A DNA stretch of 64,000 bases from Fibrobacteria bacterium (GCA_050294405.1 JBNKOC010000008.1:32001-96000), one strand, 5' to 3'; counted from the stretch's first letter, positions 38,991 through 48,516 are shown. The notes: a model not told the origin generated them from the sequence alone. Numbers and translations are program-made.

Positions 38991-41651
38991 ATGAAAAAGT
39001 TAACCTATCTCAGTCAACAAGCCTTTGACGGGGCGCACAATATCCAGAAAAATGCAGGGCATCCTGAACTAAATTCTGTTCATTTGTTAAAGGGAATTTT
39101 GGATGTGGGCCAGGCAGTTTTGGAAAAACCTCTTAGGGAGTTGAAAATCAATGCGCAGGAGCTGCTTCAAAAGGCCGATCAGAATTTACAAAAGATGGCC
39201 GTGGTTTCCGGTTCCCAGACGGAGCCACAAACATCATCTGACTTAAGGAAAGTCTTGAATGCGGCAGATAGCAATGCAGGCCAAATGGGGGATGAAGTTA
39301 TAACCATTGAACATATCTTTTTGGGCATGCTTGAGAACAAACAGTGTTCCGAGTTAAGAGATGTATTTGCAAATGTTACTAGCAATGTATTTGAAGCTCA
39401 AAATGCCTTTAAACGTTACCGTGGGGGCAAAGGAAAGTCTAATCGAAAGGCGGATTCCCAAAACGCCGAAGAGCAGTTTAATGCTTTGGGAAAATTTGGA
39501 ATGGATTTGGTGAATGCCGCCAAGGAAGGAAAGCTGGATCCCGTTATTGGACGGGATGAAGAAATCCGCAGGGTAATACGGATACTGTCCCGCAAAACCA
39601 AAAACAATCCTGTTCTGGTAGGAGAGCCCGGAGTGGGTAAAACTGCCATTGCCGAAGGGTTGGCACAGCGTATAGTAAAAGGAGATGTTCCCGAAACTTT
39701 AAAAGATAAAACAATTTTTAGCCTGAATTTGGGATCCTTATTAGCTGGCGCAAAATACCGTGGGGACTTTGAAGAAAGGCTCAAATCGGTTTTGGAAGAA
39801 ATCGAATCTTCGGAAGGAAATATCATTTTATTTATAGATGAACTCCACACTATTGTGGGTGCCGGAAAGACAGAAGGCTCCATGGATTTGGGTAATATGT
39901 TAAAGCCCAAATTGGCTCGGGGCGAGTTGCATTGTATAGGAGCTACCACATTAAACGAATATCAAAAATATATTGAAAAAGATGCCGCTCTGGAGAGAAG
40001 GTTCCAAAAGGTAATGGTGGATGAGCCCAGTGTGGAAGAAGCCATTTCTATTTTGCGGGGAATTAAGGAACGCTTTGATAAACATCATGGGGTCCGTCTT
40101 CAGGATTCAGCCCTGGTGAGTGCTGTTAAACTGTCACATCGATACATATCCGACCGTTATTTGCCGGATAAGGCTATTGACCTGATTGACGAGGCAGCAG
40201 CCACGGTTAAAATTCAATTGGATACCGTACCCGAATCACTGGATAGCCTTCAACGCAAACTCCTGCAAATGCAAATTGAAGAAAAGGCTCTTAAAAAGGA
40301 AAGGGATGCCAAAAGCAAGGAGCGTTATAACGAACTTAAAACCCAAATTTCGGAAATTCAAAAAGTAGTTGAGTCGCAAACCAACCAATGGAAAGCCCAT
40401 CGGGAGCGCATTGAAAATATTAGAAAACTGCAGGAAGAGCTTGATGAAATAAAACGGCAAATCCAAAAAGCAGAAAGTGAATATGATTTAAACAAAGCTG
40501 CAGAACTTAAATACAACAAGCTTGTGGCGGCAGAAAATAAATTGGAGAGCTTTCGCAATTCCGTGGAAAGTTATGGAAGCGAAATTTCAGAAGAGGTGAG
40601 CTCCGCAAACATCGCTGAGGTGGTATCCCGATGGACAGGAATCCCCATTCACAACTTGCACCAAACAGAACGCCATAAAATACTGGAATTACCTCAGACT
40701 CTTAAAAACAGGGTGGTTGGCCAGGATGAAGCGGTGGATATTATTGCCAATGCCATACTTAGAAACAAGGCTGGCATAAAAGAAGACAAGGGCCCCATTG
40801 GAAGTTTCTTGTTCTTAGGCCCTACCGGAGTTGGAAAAACAGAACTAACCCGTGCGCTCGCGGCTGCTCTGTTTGACGTTGAAGAAAACATGGTACGCAT
40901 CGATATGAGTGAATACATGGAAAAGCACTCCGTGGCCAAATTAATTGGAGCTCCTCCGGGTTATGTGGGGTATGATGAAGGTGGCCAGCTTACTGAGGCT
41001 ATTCGTCGCAAACCCTATAGCGTCATTCTCTTGGACGAAATTGAAAAAGCCCATACAGATGTATACAATATGTTGCTGCAAATTTTTGAGGATGGCCGAT
41101 TAACAGATGCCAAGGGTAGGGCGGTTAATTTTAAAAACACCCTTATTATCATGACTTCGAACATAGGAGCAGAACGTTTTTTATCTGAAGGGAAAATAAA
41201 AAAAGAGGATATGATGCACTTGCTGAGGCAAACCTTCAAGCCTGAATTAATCAACCGCCTGGATGGAATCATACCTTTTAATCCATTAACATCAGACAAA
41301 ATGGGTAAAATTGTAGAACTTCGACTTGCAGAGCTTGCGGCAAGGTTAAAAGATTTGGACATCCATTTTGTTCCCAGTCAAAATGCAATTGAACAAATCG
41401 CCTCCCAAAGTTTTGAAAAAGAATTCGGGGCCAGGCCGGTAAAACGTTTTATTCGGGATAAACTGGAAACTCCTTTAAGCCGGATGCTTATTTCCGATGA
41501 GCTGAAAAAGGGAGACACTGTCACAGTCCTGGTTAAAGATGGCGAATTTGAATTTAGGGTGACTCCCAATGGAAAAAGCCTGGATTTCGCTCAAAATTCT
41601 GGAGCGCAGCCGGAGGAAAACCAGTCCGAAAAATTTAAAAGAGCCTCGTAA
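38991..41651 (+). CDS. clpB: ATP-dependent disaggregase ClpB
   Basis: Two AAA+ modules (GEPGVGKT, GPTGVGKT), coiled-coil M-domain (DLNKAAELKY), GYVG pore loop; start at ATG 38991 after GGAGG. Confidence 0.96.
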   Translation: MKKLTYLSQQAFDGAHNIQKNAGHPELNSVHLLKGILDVGQAVLEKPLRELKINAQELLQKADQNLQKMAVVSGSQTEPQTSSDLRKVLNAADSNAGQMGDEVITIEHIFLGMLENKQCSELRDVFANVTSNVFEAQNAFKRYRGGKGKSNRKADSQNAEEQFNALGKFGMDLVNAAKEGKLDPVIGRDEEIRRVIRILSRKTKNNPVLVGEPGVGKTAIAEGLAQRIVKGDVPETLKDKTIFSLNLGSLLAGAKYRGDFEERLKSVLEEIESSEGNIILFIDELHTIVGAGKTEGSMDLGNMLKPKLARGELHCIGATTLNEYQKYIEKDAALERRFQKVMVDEPSVEEAISILRGIKERFDKHHGVRLQDSALVSAVKLSHRYISDRYLPDKAIDLIDEAAATVKIQLDTVPESLDSLQRKLLQMQIEEKALKKERDAKSKERYNELKTQISEIQKVVESQTNQWKAHRERIENIRKLQEELDEIKRQIQKAESEYDLNKAAELKYNKLVAAENKLESFRNSVESYGSEISEEVSSANIAEVVSRWTGIPIHNLHQTERHKILELPQTLKNRVVGQDEAVDIIANAILRNKAGIKEDKGPIGSFLFLGPTGVGKTELTRALAAALFDVEENMVRIDMSEYMEKHSVAKLIGAPPGYVGYDEGGQLTEAIRRKPYSVILLDEIEKAHTDVYNMLLQIFEDGRLTDAKGRAVNFKNTLIIMTSNIGAERFLSEGKIKKEDMMHLLRQTFKPELINRLDGIIPFNPLTSDKMGKIVELRLAELAARLKDLDIHFVPSQNAIEQIASQSFEKEFGARPVKRFIRDKLETPLSRMLISDELKKGDTVTVLVKDGEFEFRVTPNGKSLDFAQNSGAQPEENQSEKFKRAS

Positions 41652-41686
41652 TATGCTATGTTTTCCCTGGCAATAAAGGGGAAAAC

Positions 41687-42178
41687 ATGGCAGACAACAA
41701 GGAAGTGGGACTTTCCCATATAAGTAAAGACAACCAGCCCACTATGGTGGATGTGAGCCACAAGGCAAATACCCGCAGGGAGGCTAAGGCCGAAGGCCGG
41801 GTCTATTTGCCTCCCCCAATTTCCTCCCTATTTCAGGATGGAGATATTGTGGGTCCCAAAGGTCCGGTCTTTCAAACCGCTATTGTGGCGGCCACCCAGG
41901 GCTCCAAAAAAACCTGGGATTTAATTCCCTTCTGCCACCCCATTCCTTTGGAAAATATTTCCATTGAAATAAAAATGGAAAAGGAGGGCTTAGCCCATGT
42001 ATTGGCCACGGCCGTGACCACAGGAAAAACTGGAGTGGAAATGGAAGCTCTAACTGCAGTTAGCCTGGCCTGTTTAACTATTTATGATATGTGCAAAGCC
42101 ATGTCACATGAAATGGAAATAAGGGATATTAGATTGCTTTCCAAATCCGGCGGCAAATCCGATTATAGACAGCACTAA
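41687..42178 (+). CDS. moaC: Cyclic pyranopterin monophosphate synthase
   Basis: MVDVS, LIPFCHP, TGVEMEALTAV, IYDMCKA, KSGGKS. Confidence 0.96.
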   Translation: MADNKEVGLSHISKDNQPTMVDVSHKANTRREAKAEGRVYLPPPISSLFQDGDIVGPKGPVFQTAIVAATQGSKKTWDLIPFCHPIPLENISIEIKMEKEGLAHVLATAVTTGKTGVEMEALTAVSLACLTIYDMCKAMSHEMEIRDIRLLSKSGGKSDYRQH

Positions 42179-42195
42179 AAATTGGGCGTCGCAAG

Positions 42196-42270
42196 CTCCT
42201 TCAAGCTAGGCAGGACCTCAATTTCAGTATCCTTAGTTCCTCTTTGTGCGCTTTGTCTAAAATTGCGATC
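42196..42270. repeat. Dispersed intergenic 75-bp element, copy 1
   Basis: Ungapped alignment to 58293-58367, 54/75 identical by hand count. Confidence 0.7.
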
Positions 42271-42322
42271 ATTAATTTTTAGAGGCCCCCTCAAAAAGAA
42301 ATCCTTGATTCAAAGCCCGATT

Positions 42323-43363
42323 TTAACAGGGTTGGCTTTGAACATATTCTGCCAATCTTTTAACATTTTCCACTGGAGTTCCAGGAAGAATGCCGTGGCC
42401 TAAATTAAAAATATGCCCTGGCTTGCCCTTTGTGCTTTTAAGGATGGCATCGGTTTCCTGTTTTATGTAATCCCAGTTTCCGAACAAGGCTGTTGGATCG
42501 AGGTTTCCCTGAACTCCGGTACAACCCAGTTTATCCCATAATGGTTGAATGGGAGTTCTCCAATCAAAGCCCAATACATCCGCTCCGGCTTTTGCAAGGC
42601 TGTCCATAAATGTGCCGGCCCCGGTCCCAAAAAATATGACAGGGACTTTTCCTTTCACTGCGGAAATTATTTTTTGGGTGTGAGGCAAAACAAAAGATTC
42701 AAAGTCCCTGGGGGAGAGGGCGCCAATCCAACTGTCAAAAAGCTGAACTGCATGTACTCCGCATTTTATCTGATAGTTTAAATATTCAATAACATCCTGC
42801 GAAAGCTTTTCCATGAGCATATGCCAGGATTTAGCGTCTCCGTACATTAGTTTTTTCACGTTCTCATAATTTTTACTGCCTTTGCCTTCTATGGCGTAGG
42901 AAGCAAGGGTGAAAGGGGCGCCGGAAAATCCGATAAGGGGAATCCCTTCGGGTAAACCATCACATATGATCTGAATGCTTTTTCCCACAAACCCAAGGCT
43001 ATCTTCCACAGAAAAGCTTTTTAAATTTTGGATGTCTTTATCGCTGCGAATAGGGTTCGAAATATAGGGGCCTATTCCAGTTGGGTAATCCAAATCCAGT
43101 CCCAATGGCTCCAAAATCAGGGGCAAATCGGAAAATAAAATGGCCGCATCCACATTTAAAATTCGCTGGGCATCTAATGTTACTTTTGCCGCCAATTCAG
43201 GAGTTTTGCAAAAATCCAGAAAATTGTCTGCCTTGGCTTTGTCTTCCTGATATTCATTCATATAACGTCCTGCCTGACGCATAAACCAAACAGGTCTGTA
43301 TTCGGTGGGAAGTCCCGCACAGGCTTTTAGAAAAGTCGAATTGTTAACGCTTGTTTTAGTCAG
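42323..43363 (-). CDS. hemE: Uroporphyrinogen decarboxylase (probable CTG start)
   Basis: PVWFMRQAGRY, AILFSD, GAPFTLASY, QGNLDP, NLGHG; homology extends upstream of ATG 43282. Confidence 0.93.
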   Translation of the reverse strand: MTKTSVNNSTFLKACAGLPTEYRPVWFMRQAGRYMNEYQEDKAKADNFLDFCKTPELAAKVTLDAQRILNVDAAILFSDLPLILEPLGLDLDYPTGIGPYISNPIRSDKDIQNLKSFSVEDSLGFVGKSIQIICDGLPEGIPLIGFSGAPFTLASYAIEGKGSKNYENVKKLMYGDAKSWHMLMEKLSQDVIEYLNYQIKCGVHAVQLFDSWIGALSPRDFESFVLPHTQKIISAVKGKVPVIFFGTGAGTFMDSLAKAGADVLGFDWRTPIQPLWDKLGCTGVQGNLDPTALFGNWDYIKQETDAILKSTKGKPGHIFNLGHGILPGTPVENVKRLAEYVQSQPC

Positions 43364-44672
43364 AATTTTGTCCTTCGCTAGAGGTTTTACTGGATAAATT
43401 TAAATCGAAAATTACATTGGCAAACTGGCTTATCTTTTTTGCCTCGCCATTGCCGCTCAGTTGCTTGATACCCGTGAATGTACTGTGCAAAATCTTATTA
43501 ATGAGTCCCTGGCTGAAATTTTGAACCTGTTTTAAGGTTTGGGGATCCAACTTGGAAGCTTTGTTTTCGAGCTCTGCCTCCAGAATAGATTGAAACTTTC
43601 CCCGGATTTCCTGAAGGACGTTACTCACATTGAGTTGGGCAAACCAGGTTTCAAATTTTTGAACTTCTTCATCTATTATTTGGCGAGCTTGCTCGGAAGC
43701 TTCCTGGCGCATGGCCACGTTTTCACCGATTACTTTTTTAAGATCATCAATGGTGAAAACAAAGACATCATCCACATCTCCAGCTGCAGGGTCAATGTCT
43801 CGGGGAGCAGCAATATCGATAAAAAACTGGATTTTCCCCCCACGCTTTTTAGCGCTTTCTTTAACATGGGACTCGGTAATAACAACATCTCTTGCCCCGG
43901 TGGCCGATATGATAATATCGCAAAATTGAAGGTGGGAACTCAACTCTTCCAGAGAGCGGGTTTCCCCATTGTACTTGGAAGCTAATTTTTCCGCATTGGC
44001 TACAGAGCGATTAAAAAAGAGGAACTTCTTAACATTGCAGCGGCTTAAGTGTCCCGCAGTAAGCTCTCCCATTTCGCCAGATCCGATAACACCTATAACC
44101 TTGTCTTCCAGGTTTTTGCCTAAAACCTTTTTAGCCAACTCCACCGCAGCGTAGCTTATACTCACCGCTCCTTCATTGAGGTGGGTTTCGCTTCGCACCC
44201 TTTTGCCAACCTTAAAAGCCTGTTGAAAAAGATTATTGAAGTAAAACTTGACCATTTGATTGTCTACGGCAAATTGATAGGCATCGCGAACCTGACCCAA
44301 AATCTGGTTTTCACCTATGATCATGGAATCCAAGGAACATACCACATTAAATAAATGGACTATGGAATCCAGATGTGTCCATTCGTAACTGTGCTTTTGA
44401 ATTTCTTCGGGATTCAGCTTCTTGATTCGGGCCCAATGCCGATAAATAGCGTCAATGGCTTCTTTTGGATTTTTACTTGAAAGGTAAACTTCGCTGCGAT
44501 TGCAGGTGGAAACGATAACGGCTTCGTTGGATGCATCGTTTTCCAGACAGCACTTTGCCATTTCCAGAATCTGGTTTTCTTCAAAATGGACCTTGTCCCG
44601 AAGTTCCACAGGGGCGGTAATGTGGTTTAATCCCACCACTAATGTATGCAGTTCCCCCTGTGAATGGTTCAT
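43356..44672 (-). CDS. hemA: Glutamyl-tRNA reductase
   Basis: GLNH.TAPV, STCNRSE, SLDSMIIGENQILGQV, GSGEMG, DIAAPRD. Confidence 0.96.
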   Translation of the reverse strand: MNHSQGELHTLVVGLNHITAPVELRDKVHFEENQILEMAKCCLENDASNEAVIVSTCNRSEVYLSSKNPKEAIDAIYRHWARIKKLNPEEIQKHSYEWTHLDSIVHLFNVVCSLDSMIIGENQILGQVRDAYQFAVDNQMVKFYFNNLFQQAFKVGKRVRSETHLNEGAVSISYAAVELAKKVLGKNLEDKVIGVIGSGEMGELTAGHLSRCNVKKFLFFNRSVANAEKLASKYNGETRSLEELSSHLQFCDIIISATGARDVVITESHVKESAKKRGGKIQFFIDIAAPRDIDPAAGDVDDVFVFTIDDLKKVIGENVAMRQEASEQARQIIDEEVQKFETWFAQLNVSNVLQEIRGKFQSILEAELENKASKLDPQTLKQVQNFSQGLINKILHSTFTGIKQLSGNGEAKKISQFANVIFDLNLSSKTSSEGQNSD

Positions 44673-45478
44673 TGAAACCCGTGGCCTAAAAATTGGGTGG
44701 CTAGCATAATAAAAAATCCTGAAATAACAGCATAGGCGAAACGCGCGCTTCTGAGTTTACCAAACTTTCTCACCAGCACAATAGCGGAGAAGAAAAACAG
44801 AATTCCAAAAACCCCCATTTCCATGGCAGACATGCCTCCCTGGGAGTTGGCCTTGTGGGCTGAGGCCCATCCAATAAAGCCACTGACCACCATTAATATA
44901 ATGCCTAACGAAATCCAGATGGCCATAAGGCTTTCCATTTTATCTAACGGTGGGAGCCTGCGGAACACCACATCAAAGTTTTTAGCCTTTAATTTTCTAA
45001 AGAGAATAATATACATGGTGGAAATAATGGCCCCAATAGTAAAGCAGGCATAAGATGTAAGGCTGGCCACAATGTGGAAGGAAAACAGGCTGCCCAAATT
45101 TTTTTCCGGAGAAATGGGTGCTGCGGAGACTAAAAACAAAGAGAACCAAACGCTAAGGGAAGTGGGAATAACAGTGAAAATTCCCAGGTGGATGGTTTTT
45201 GAAAAAAACTCGCTTATTAATTGAGAAATGCAAAGAATTAATCCACAAAAAAGTAAGGCCTCTCCAGGAGTAGCCAAAGGACATCGGCTGTTAACCATGC
45301 CCAACTCCAATAAAAAAAGCGAATGAAAAAACAGAGCTACAAATAAAGAGCTTCTAACTGCTGCAGCGCTACCCTGATTTTCAGAAATGAAAAATCGCCA
45401 ATAAAAAAAGCTGGAAGCAGCATAGGCCAGGCACATTGCGGTGGCAGTGAGGTAATAGAAAACTTCCATAATTATCAT
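44669..45478 (-). CDS. CcsA/HemX-like membrane protein
   Basis: Multi-TM; FHIVASLTSY and RLPPLDKM motifs; ATGA overlap with hemA. Confidence 0.8.
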   Translation of the reverse strand: MIIMEVFYYLTATAMCLAYAASSFFYWRFFISENQGSAAAVRSSLFVALFFHSLFLLELGMVNSRCPLATPGEALLFCGLILCISQLISEFFSKTIHLGIFTVIPTSLSVWFSLFLVSAAPISPEKNLGSLFSFHIVASLTSYACFTIGAIISTMYIILFRKLKAKNFDVVFRRLPPLDKMESLMAIWISLGIILMVVSGFIGWASAHKANSQGGMSAMEMGVFGILFFFSAIVLVRKFGKLRSARFAYAVISGFFIMLATQFLGHGFQ

Positions 45479-45611
45479 TCCCCAGGTTTAACAGGGTATT
45501 CCATATTTCCCTTAAATTGAGAAAATAAGAGAAAAATCGGCAAATGTTAAGAAAAACCTGGTTAAATGCCAAAAAGTCTCATTTTAGCCAAAAATTGGGG
45601 CTTGTCCCTGG

Positions 45612-45647
45612 AAAAAGAAAGCGGGCGAGTCGGGGGACTCGCCCGCT
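45612..45647 (-). terminator. Strong intrinsic terminator with no annotated gene upstream
   Basis: 12-bp perfect stem AGCGGGCGAGTC/GACTCGCCCGCT, CCCC loop, then UUCUUUUU on the minus strand. Confidence 0.8.
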
Positions 45648-45712
45648 ATGGTGGGTATTCGATATTCCAATTTTGGGGGTTGGAATATCTTGGTAGGGTT
45701 TTTTTGGATGTA
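45612..45712 (-). ncRNA. Candidate small RNA with C-rich loops
   Basis: Possible promoter TTGAAT-17-TACAAC, a 10-bp hairpin at 45661-45689 and a terminator; no known family recognised. Confidence 0.4.
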
Positions 45713-46001
45713 TGTAGGTTGTATCATTTTTTTTACATTCATTCAAGTAAAATTTTTAATTATTAAACAAAAATTAAACGGTCTAAAGTTCATGACCATT
45801 ATTTAAAGACTTGGGGCAATAAAATTTCTAGTTTTAAGCCAGACTGCATTTTTTAAAAATGAACAACCCCAAGCATTAAGCAGGTTGGTTATGCTCAAAA
45901 TTAAAGGGCATCAATTTGCATCGGGATAATGTAAAGGGTAAGTAAACTGTCTAAACAATTTGTGCACCCTTTCCCGGGGGCGGTTAAAAGGATTCTCTGT
46001 T

Positions 46002-47855
46002 ATGATACAGTTAAATACACTCACACCCACAGGAATATTGTTGGTAGACGATGATCCAAGTTCTCTTGCGGTAATGGAAAGCAGCCTCAAGGCCGATTTC
46101 GAGATTTTTAAGTCTTCCAATGTTGCCGCTGCCCAAGATATTCTTAGCACTGGGAAGATCGCAGTTATTGTTTCAGATTTAAAAATGCCCGGAGAATCCG
46201 GGCTTGAACTTTTGAGAAAGGCCAAAGAAAATTTCCAGGATGTTCCCTTAATTTTGGTAACAGGCGAAGGAGACAAAAGTTCAGCCATAGAGGCCCTAAA
46301 GTTGGGAGCTTACGATTACATTGAAAAACCTATTCACAAGCAAGAATTATACAATAGCGTCAAACATGCCTTTGATTCCTTTGCCTCAAAACACACTGCC
46401 CGGGAGTACCAAAGAGTTTTAAAGTTGTTGGAAGCGGGGGTCCAATGTGCAGGAGAAGCCATTTTTATTGGATACCTTTCTTCGGAAAATGGGGATGGGG
46501 TTATCGAATATGTGAACAATGCTTTTACCCGTCAAACAGGGTTGGCTGCCAAGGATATTATCGGAAAGTCACCACGGGTATTTCAGGGGAAGGAATCTGA
46601 CCCATTATTTCTGGAAAAATTGCGCTCTTCCATTGAAAATAATCGCGATTATTTAGGGGAAACTCTGAATTACCGGAAAAACGGCACCAGCTACTTTTCA
46701 GAGTGGCAAATAAGCCCTCTGTATCTTGATGAAACACCCACCAAGTACTGGATTTGTGTTATGCGCGACATTAAAGAAAAAAAGGTGGTAGAGGAAAGAC
46801 TATTGCAAATAGAAAAAGAAGTGGAGTCTTTAAAAGGCAACCTGAAGGTTGAAAACCTAAAATACCCTGGCGCTTTTCAAAATATTATTACTCAAAATTT
46901 GAAGATGTTTGGCCTATTCCATTACATCGAATTGATACAAAATTCTCAGCAACCCATTTTGCTTTGTGGGGAACCTGGAACCGGAAAGTCCTTATTGGCG
47001 GAGGCCATATATATTGCCTCAGGGATGCCGGGAGCTTTCCATCGTTTTGATTGTGATTTAGGAAGCACGCAGTTGGAATTGGATAAGCTCTTTCAATCCT
47101 TAAAGGATAATGGAAATAACGGAACCCCTAACGGCAGCAATGGAGCTCAAAAAGTTCAGGGGGTGGTCTACATAAGAAATGTGCACAAACTCCCCCTTCC
47201 CAGTCAGGCTAAATTACTCCGATTTTTACAAGAGCTGGAATTTCTGGGTATGAATGATGTGAATAGCCTTTCCGGTGGGATTAAAATATTGGCTTCCACA
47301 TCCAAATCACTTAATGAGTTGGCCGACTCTGGCAGTTTCAGAAGAGATTTGTACTACAAGCTCTGTCACCATCAAATAGCCTTGCCAGCTCTTAGGGAAA
47401 GGGTGGATGATTTGCCGGTTCTCATAAACCATTTTCTGGCCATTGGAGCTCAAACTATGGGGATGAATAAACCTTCTTATCCCAAAGAGCTTTTGACACT
47501 GCTTTCTGCCTATCATTTTCCCCAGAATGTGGAAGAGCTTAGAGATATGGTCTTTCGGGCTTTGGAAAACCACAATCGGGGTATATTATCCATGGATTCC
47601 TTCAAAGACTCACTGCAAAAAACAGAAAATGCTAAGGGAAGTTCTACTAGAGACGCCATGGTGAAAGTGAATCGAAAAGAATCTTTAGTTTCTTTTTCCA
47701 GCCGTTTGCCTACACTAAGAGAGATGACCAGCGAACTAATTTTAGAAGCTCTGCGCCGCTCAAATGACAACCAGGGCATTGCTGCAAAAATTTTAGGAGT
47801 CAGCCGTCAGGCCTTAAACAAAAGGCTTAACCGCCTGGGCTCCGGCGATAATTAA
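46002..47855 (+). CDS. REC-PAS-AAA+-HTH NtrC-like regulator with degenerate activation domain
   Basis: VSDLKMP, PAS domain, Walker A GEPGTGKS, FRRDLYYKL, LPALRER, Fis-type HTH; no GAFTGA; start placed at ATG 46002. Confidence 0.85.
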   Translation: MIQLNTLTPTGILLVDDDPSSLAVMESSLKADFEIFKSSNVAAAQDILSTGKIAVIVSDLKMPGESGLELLRKAKENFQDVPLILVTGEGDKSSAIEALKLGAYDYIEKPIHKQELYNSVKHAFDSFASKHTAREYQRVLKLLEAGVQCAGEAIFIGYLSSENGDGVIEYVNNAFTRQTGLAAKDIIGKSPRVFQGKESDPLFLEKLRSSIENNRDYLGETLNYRKNGTSYFSEWQISPLYLDETPTKYWICVMRDIKEKKVVEERLLQIEKEVESLKGNLKVENLKYPGAFQNIITQNLKMFGLFHYIELIQNSQQPILLCGEPGTGKSLLAEAIYIASGMPGAFHRFDCDLGSTQLELDKLFQSLKDNGNNGTPNGSNGAQKVQGVVYIRNVHKLPLPSQAKLLRFLQELEFLGMNDVNSLSGGIKILASTSKSLNELADSGSFRRDLYYKLCHHQIALPALRERVDDLPVLINHFLAIGAQTMGMNKPSYPKELLTLLSAYHFPQNVEELRDMVFRALENHNRGILSMDSFKDSLQKTENAKGSSTRDAMVKVNRKESLVSFSSRLPTLREMTSELILEALRRSNDNQGIAAKILGVSRQALNKRLNRLGSGDN

Positions 47856-47864
47856 AAAAGAAAA

Positions 47865-47898
47865 AAAAAAAGAGCCCTGACCAGGAGGCTCTTTTTTT
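47865..47898 (+). terminator. Bidirectional-type intrinsic terminator
   Basis: A-run-GAGCC-loop-GGCTC-T7. Confidence 0.75.
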
Positions 47899-48150
47899 AT
47901 TTAGGAGTTTTCAAAAGTCCGTTGCGCGAGTTATTTAATTTCATTATATGGGAAACCAACCAAGGTTTCAATATTTTTTTTAAAAGAATTTGATTCTCTA
48001 TGTATAGGATATTGGGCTGTTTGGGAAATTGTATTTTTGTCTGTCAAGAAAGCATGGCAAGGGGAAATTTTTGCCCACTAAAAATCTAAAAGTTCTATAT
48101 CTTAGATTGAATTTCAAATGGCTGAGCGGTATGATTATACCGAGGAAGTT

Positions 48151-48516
48151 ATGAAATTCTTACTTGCAGATGATTCAAAAACAATTCGGCGGTTGTTAAA
48201 AACCTATTTAGGCAGCATGGGTTTTGAAGATTTGGTGGAAGCTCAGGATGGAGAAGAAGCTTTGGAAATGTTGAAGGCTGAAATTCCTGATGTATTGATC
48301 CTGGATTGGAACATGCCTAAAAAATCAGGGATTGAAGTTTTAAAATCCGCCCGGGAAGAAGGCGAGTTTAAAGAATTGAAAATTTTAATGTGCACATCAA
48401 TGAGTGAAAAAGAAAATGTTATTGAAGCCATTAAAGCTGGCGCTAACAATTATATGACCAAGCCTTTTTCAGAGGATATTCTAAAAGAAAAATTAGGGGC
48501 TTTAGGAATTATATAA
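48151..48516 (+). CDS. CheY-like response regulator
   Basis: ADDS, ILDWNMP, YMTKPF; start at the ATG after GAGG. Confidence 0.88.
   Translation: MKFLLADDSKTIRRLLKTYLGSMGFEDLVEAQDGEEALEMLKAEIPDVLILDWNMPKKSGIEVLKSAREEGEFKELKILMCTSMSEKENVIEAIKAGANNYMTKPFSEDILKEKLGALGII

Noticed and set aside
42182..42403. Short ORF across repeat copy 1, suggesting a coding element
   Set aside because: The equivalent frames in copy 2 are interrupted or lack a start, so a shared peptide is unsupported.
45902..45929. Sigma54 or sigma28 promoter for the REC-PAS-AAA+ gene
   Set aside because: GG-N10-GC is present but the -24 element is poor, and the sigma28 -10 match is also weak.
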